A DNA stretch of 64,000 bases, from positions 131,959 to 195,958 of the forward strand of contig JAQGDQ010000347.1 in the NCBI GenBank assembly GCA_030141605.1, read 5' to 3'. Source of the DNA: Tubiluchus corallicola. Taxonomy: Eukaryota > Animalia > Priapulida. The notes beneath the pieces are model-generated. The model made no database searches and was not told the DNA's origin. It saw nothing but the letters and a program-made list of their open reading frames with translations. Every line of letters begins with the position of its first letter. Position 1 is the stretch's first letter. This document shows positions 61,179 through 64,000 of this stretch, piece after piece. Position numbers and translations under genes: made by a program.

Positions 61179-63086
61179 TTAATACATAGGGTTATTTACC
61201 AATCCATTAGAACCAATTCCCGGTATATGTCGGTAATAATGCTTAGGTTCAAAAGTTCTCGGATCTGTTCGAGGCACAACATCTCGGATCATAATGTATT
61301 TAGGAGGATCCTCTCTTAAGTCAAGTGCAGGTAACAAGGCATGTGTATCTGTACTATTAAATTTCTCATGAAACTCACGACGACGAATCAAGTCATAGAA
61401 TCGCTTATTTTCAAAAGCTAGTTCTACAGTTCTTTCCCGCTGTACATTATCAACAGTTAAATCAATATCTACTGTGTGACCTGCCCTCTTACGTATAGAA
61501 TTTAAGGCTGTTTTAGCTAGATCCGCATCACCAAGACCACTTTCTATCACAGCTTCTGCATAATTTAACAACACTTCTGCATATCGCATATCCATAAAAT
61601 CTAAAGTTCCTTGATTCCATGCAGGATTAACATCCGTAGATTCAAGTAAGAACTTTTTGAATCCCATTCCTGTACGGGTATGATTGCCTCCTGCTGGGTT
61701 AAACCCTGAATGATTGGCTGTATTAGCAGTACCATACGTATAGTATGTAACTCCGTTATGCGAGAATTCACCTCCTTGCAATAGCGATGGTGTTCCATCA
61801 GGAAGGATCAGTCCGGCTTGAATTACTATCTCTTTTCCTTTCCACATTGTACCAGGAAGAATGGCTGTTCCCCATAACCTGGCATCTTTTCCTTTATACG
61901 CGTCATTAGGTGTATCGTACTTTATATAGTTACGACTTGCTGAATAACCAAGGTAATCTTCGTTACCATCTACAACGGTGGGCAGCATCGTGCTTACTCC
62001 CGGATTAGCGTAGGTCTCAAACATTTCTGCCCAATCCAATGTAGGACAATATCTGCCCGGGTGAGGCCATCCATTTGATGTTTGATTTGGATTGAACCAA
62101 ATCTCATAATTATTTGCTGTATTATCATTACTAATAACAGAAGACCCCTTAATAAATATCGCCTCACGAGGAGCTCCATTAGGGTCTTCAAAGAGCATAC
62201 GATAATTCTCAGCTGCTTCCTCAGGATTAGCTGGATTTGGTCGGAACAATTCAAAAACATTAGATTTGATTATCTCTTCCGAAGCATCAATACATTGCTG
62301 ATAAAAGAAATTTGCTGTTGATTGGTCCATGCCAACCAATCCTAAGTCAGCAGCCTCACCAGATACCGGAAATTTAGACCAAAACTTAGCGATAGAGGCA
62401 GCATGTAAAGCCGCTCTTGATTTCAGGGCTAGTGCCGCATATTTTGTTGCTCTGCGCTGACTCCCATCACCTTCTAATAGATTATTCGCTGCCAACTGGC
62501 ATTCTTCCATGATAAAGCGCCATGTTTCTTCTTCTGTACTTCTTGGCACCTTTAAGTCTTCAACATTAGGAGTAAATTCCTGTGGCTCTAGAATTAAAGA
62601 TACTCCGCCATAACGCTTTGCTAATCCATAATAAGCATAAGCTCTAATAAAAGCTGTTTCTCCGATAATTAAAGCACGCTCCTGCTCAGTTATATCCAAA
62701 TCAGGAATAAACTTAATCAAAGTGTTCACATCTCGAATTAACTGATATCCTTCATCCCACCAATGGCCCCAGCTATCTTTTGAGTTTGGCTCTCTAAAAT
62801 CGCTGTGAGTGGCGATATCAGTGTGCATAGCCTGCACAAACCCACCATTATTTGGTGCTCCGGAATTATAGTTAAAAATACTTTTATTGTTATTTCGATG
62901 GAAATAAGTAAAATCCTCAACTGGTAACTGGTAATAAAGGTTAGCCATATAAAGCTTTACCCCTTCAGGATCACGGAATAAATCTTCAGCTGGCAGTTTA
63001 TCTGTAGGCTTAAGGTCAAGTACATCGGTACAACCGAACATTAACAAAGCCAATATAGCTGTATATAATATTTTAAATATTTTCAT
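61179..63086 (-). CDS. SusD-family lipoprotein
   Basis: Lipobox MFGC; AKRYGGV, MRYAEVLLNYAEA, ERTVELAFENKRFYDLIR. Confidence 0.92.
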   Translation of the reverse strand: MKIFKILYTAILALLMFGCTDVLDLKPTDKLPAEDLFRDPEGVKLYMANLYYQLPVEDFTYFHRNNNKSIFNYNSGAPNNGGFVQAMHTDIATHSDFREPNSKDSWGHWWDEGYQLIRDVNTLIKFIPDLDITEQERALIIGETAFIRAYAYYGLAKRYGGVSLILEPQEFTPNVEDLKVPRSTEEETWRFIMEECQLAANNLLEGDGSQRRATKYAALALKSRAALHAASIAKFWSKFPVSGEAADLGLVGMDQSTANFFYQQCIDASEEIIKSNVFELFRPNPANPEEAAENYRMLFEDPNGAPREAIFIKGSSVISNDNTANNYEIWFNPNQTSNGWPHPGRYCPTLDWAEMFETYANPGVSTMLPTVVDGNEDYLGYSASRNYIKYDTPNDAYKGKDARLWGTAILPGTMWKGKEIVIQAGLILPDGTPSLLQGGEFSHNGVTYYTYGTANTANHSGFNPAGGNHTRTGMGFKKFLLESTDVNPAWNQGTLDFMDMRYAEVLLNYAEAVIESGLGDADLAKTALNSIRKRAGHTVDIDLTVDNVQRERTVELAFENKRFYDLIRRREFHEKFNSTDTHALLPALDLREDPPKYIMIRDVVPRTDPRTFEPKHYYRHIPGIGSNGLVNNPMY

Positions 63087-63097
63087 TGTGCTAATTT

Positions 63098-64000
63098 TTA
63101 AAATGTAATGTTGATACCCATATTAAAGCTCATGGTCAAAGGATAAGTTAATCCAGCACTATGGGCTCCTTCAATCTTCTCAGGATCAAACGGCTTCACA
63201 AAGTCATCTGCCCATGTATAAAGATTGTGACCGTTGGCATATATCCTCATTTTTTCCAGACCAATTGATGTCATCCAATTTTGATTTCTAAAGGTATATC
63301 CAATATCCAGTGTTTTTAATCTGAAATATGAGGCATCTTTACGCCAAACTTCACTTTCAGCATACAACATACCAACATCAGTAATATATCTATTAGCCGG
63401 CCATTCTCCTGCATTCCAAGTTCCATCATCATTTTGTGTCCATGAGTCGTAAAAGTAGGCAGGCGTGTTACCCCTGAAAGCAAACATTTCGGCATAAACT
63501 TCTCTAAAGCGAACTGTATATTTTGCAGCTCCTTGAAATAAAGCAGTAAAATCAAAACCTTTCCATTGAGCAGCAAGGGTTAGTCCAAAGTGCTGTTTAG
63601 GATTAGCGTTATAGAACTGAGGAACCATGTCATCGCCATTGATAACGCCATCGCCATTCATATCTTTATACTGATAATCTCCAGGCAATTCCCTCATATT
63701 ACCTAGGTCACCATTTTGAATTGGAGCAAAAATAATCTGATCACGATTCTGGAACTGACCTTCAACAACATATCCCCATACAACATCGTCGTATCGATTG
63801 GCTGTACCATGTCTCCATTCATCCCAACTACTAGTAAATGGGCCGCGTTCAACATATTCTCTGTTTCGACGGGCAAAATTGAAATTACCACGCACCTCGT
63901 AGTTAAAATCACCTATTTTATTGCGATACCCTATGGCAAAATCAAATCCTCTAACACGGTCACTGTTCAGGTTTTCTTCCGGCAACTCACCACCAAAAGT
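63098..64000 (-). CDS. SusC-family TonB-dependent transporter, C-terminal part (runs off the window)
   Basis: PGDYQYKDMNGDGVIN, WKGFD, DASYFRLK, DPE…YP…GINITF. Confidence 0.92.
   Translation of the reverse strand, partial: TFGGELPEENLNSDRVRGFDFAIGYRNKIGDFNYEVRGNFNFARRNREYVERGPFTSSWDEWRHGTANRYDDVVWGYVVEGQFQNRDQIIFAPIQNGDLGNMRELPGDYQYKDMNGDGVINGDDMVPQFYNANPKQHFGLTLAAQWKGFDFTALFQGAAKYTVRFREVYAEMFAFRGNTPAYFYDSWTQNDDGTWNAGEWPANRYITDVGMLYAESEVWRKDASYFRLKTLDIGYTFRNQNWMTSIGLEKMRIYANGHNLYTWADDFVKPFDPEKIEGAHSAGLTYPLTMSFNMGINITF

Overview
A 64-kb window from an AT-rich Bacteroidota chromosome (Marinilabiliales/Prolixibacteraceae-like by gene content; this is inference). The left third is mostly housekeeping genes (rpoD, degP/htrA, serA, tkt, nhaC, dnaJ, grpE). 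It also has a frameshifted receptor-L/IRREKO-LRR lipoprotein gene, an orphan ECF sigma factor and a DUF1080 lipoprotein with a Cys/Lys-rich tandem repeat. At 20.6-23.2 kb lies the wreck of an integrative element: an integrase N-terminus cut by an IS3/IS481-type IS, an intact tRNA-Leu(GAG), and about 135 bp upstream of it the 5' half of a different tRNA-Leu(GAG) that still carries the promoter. This looks like a host tRNA broken at the anticodon arm and replaced by a whole foreign copy. The rest is a run of glycan-utilisation loci: a Gfo/Idh/MocA + DUF1080 pair; a sialic acid PUL (SusC/D, GH33, NanA, a NanM-SSS transporter fusion, AGE epimerase, GntR); a GH144 beta-1,2-glucan PUL; two sulfatases with a GH20; and a mannoside PUL (SusC/D, DUF3823, two GH71/99-like enzymes, two GH92). 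These loci are eroding. Remnants absent from or only partly covered by the ORF track include a second sialidase, a GDSL esterase, a sulfatase 3' end, a probable lipoprotein gene and an IS3. All family calls come from motif recognition by eye; no searches were run.
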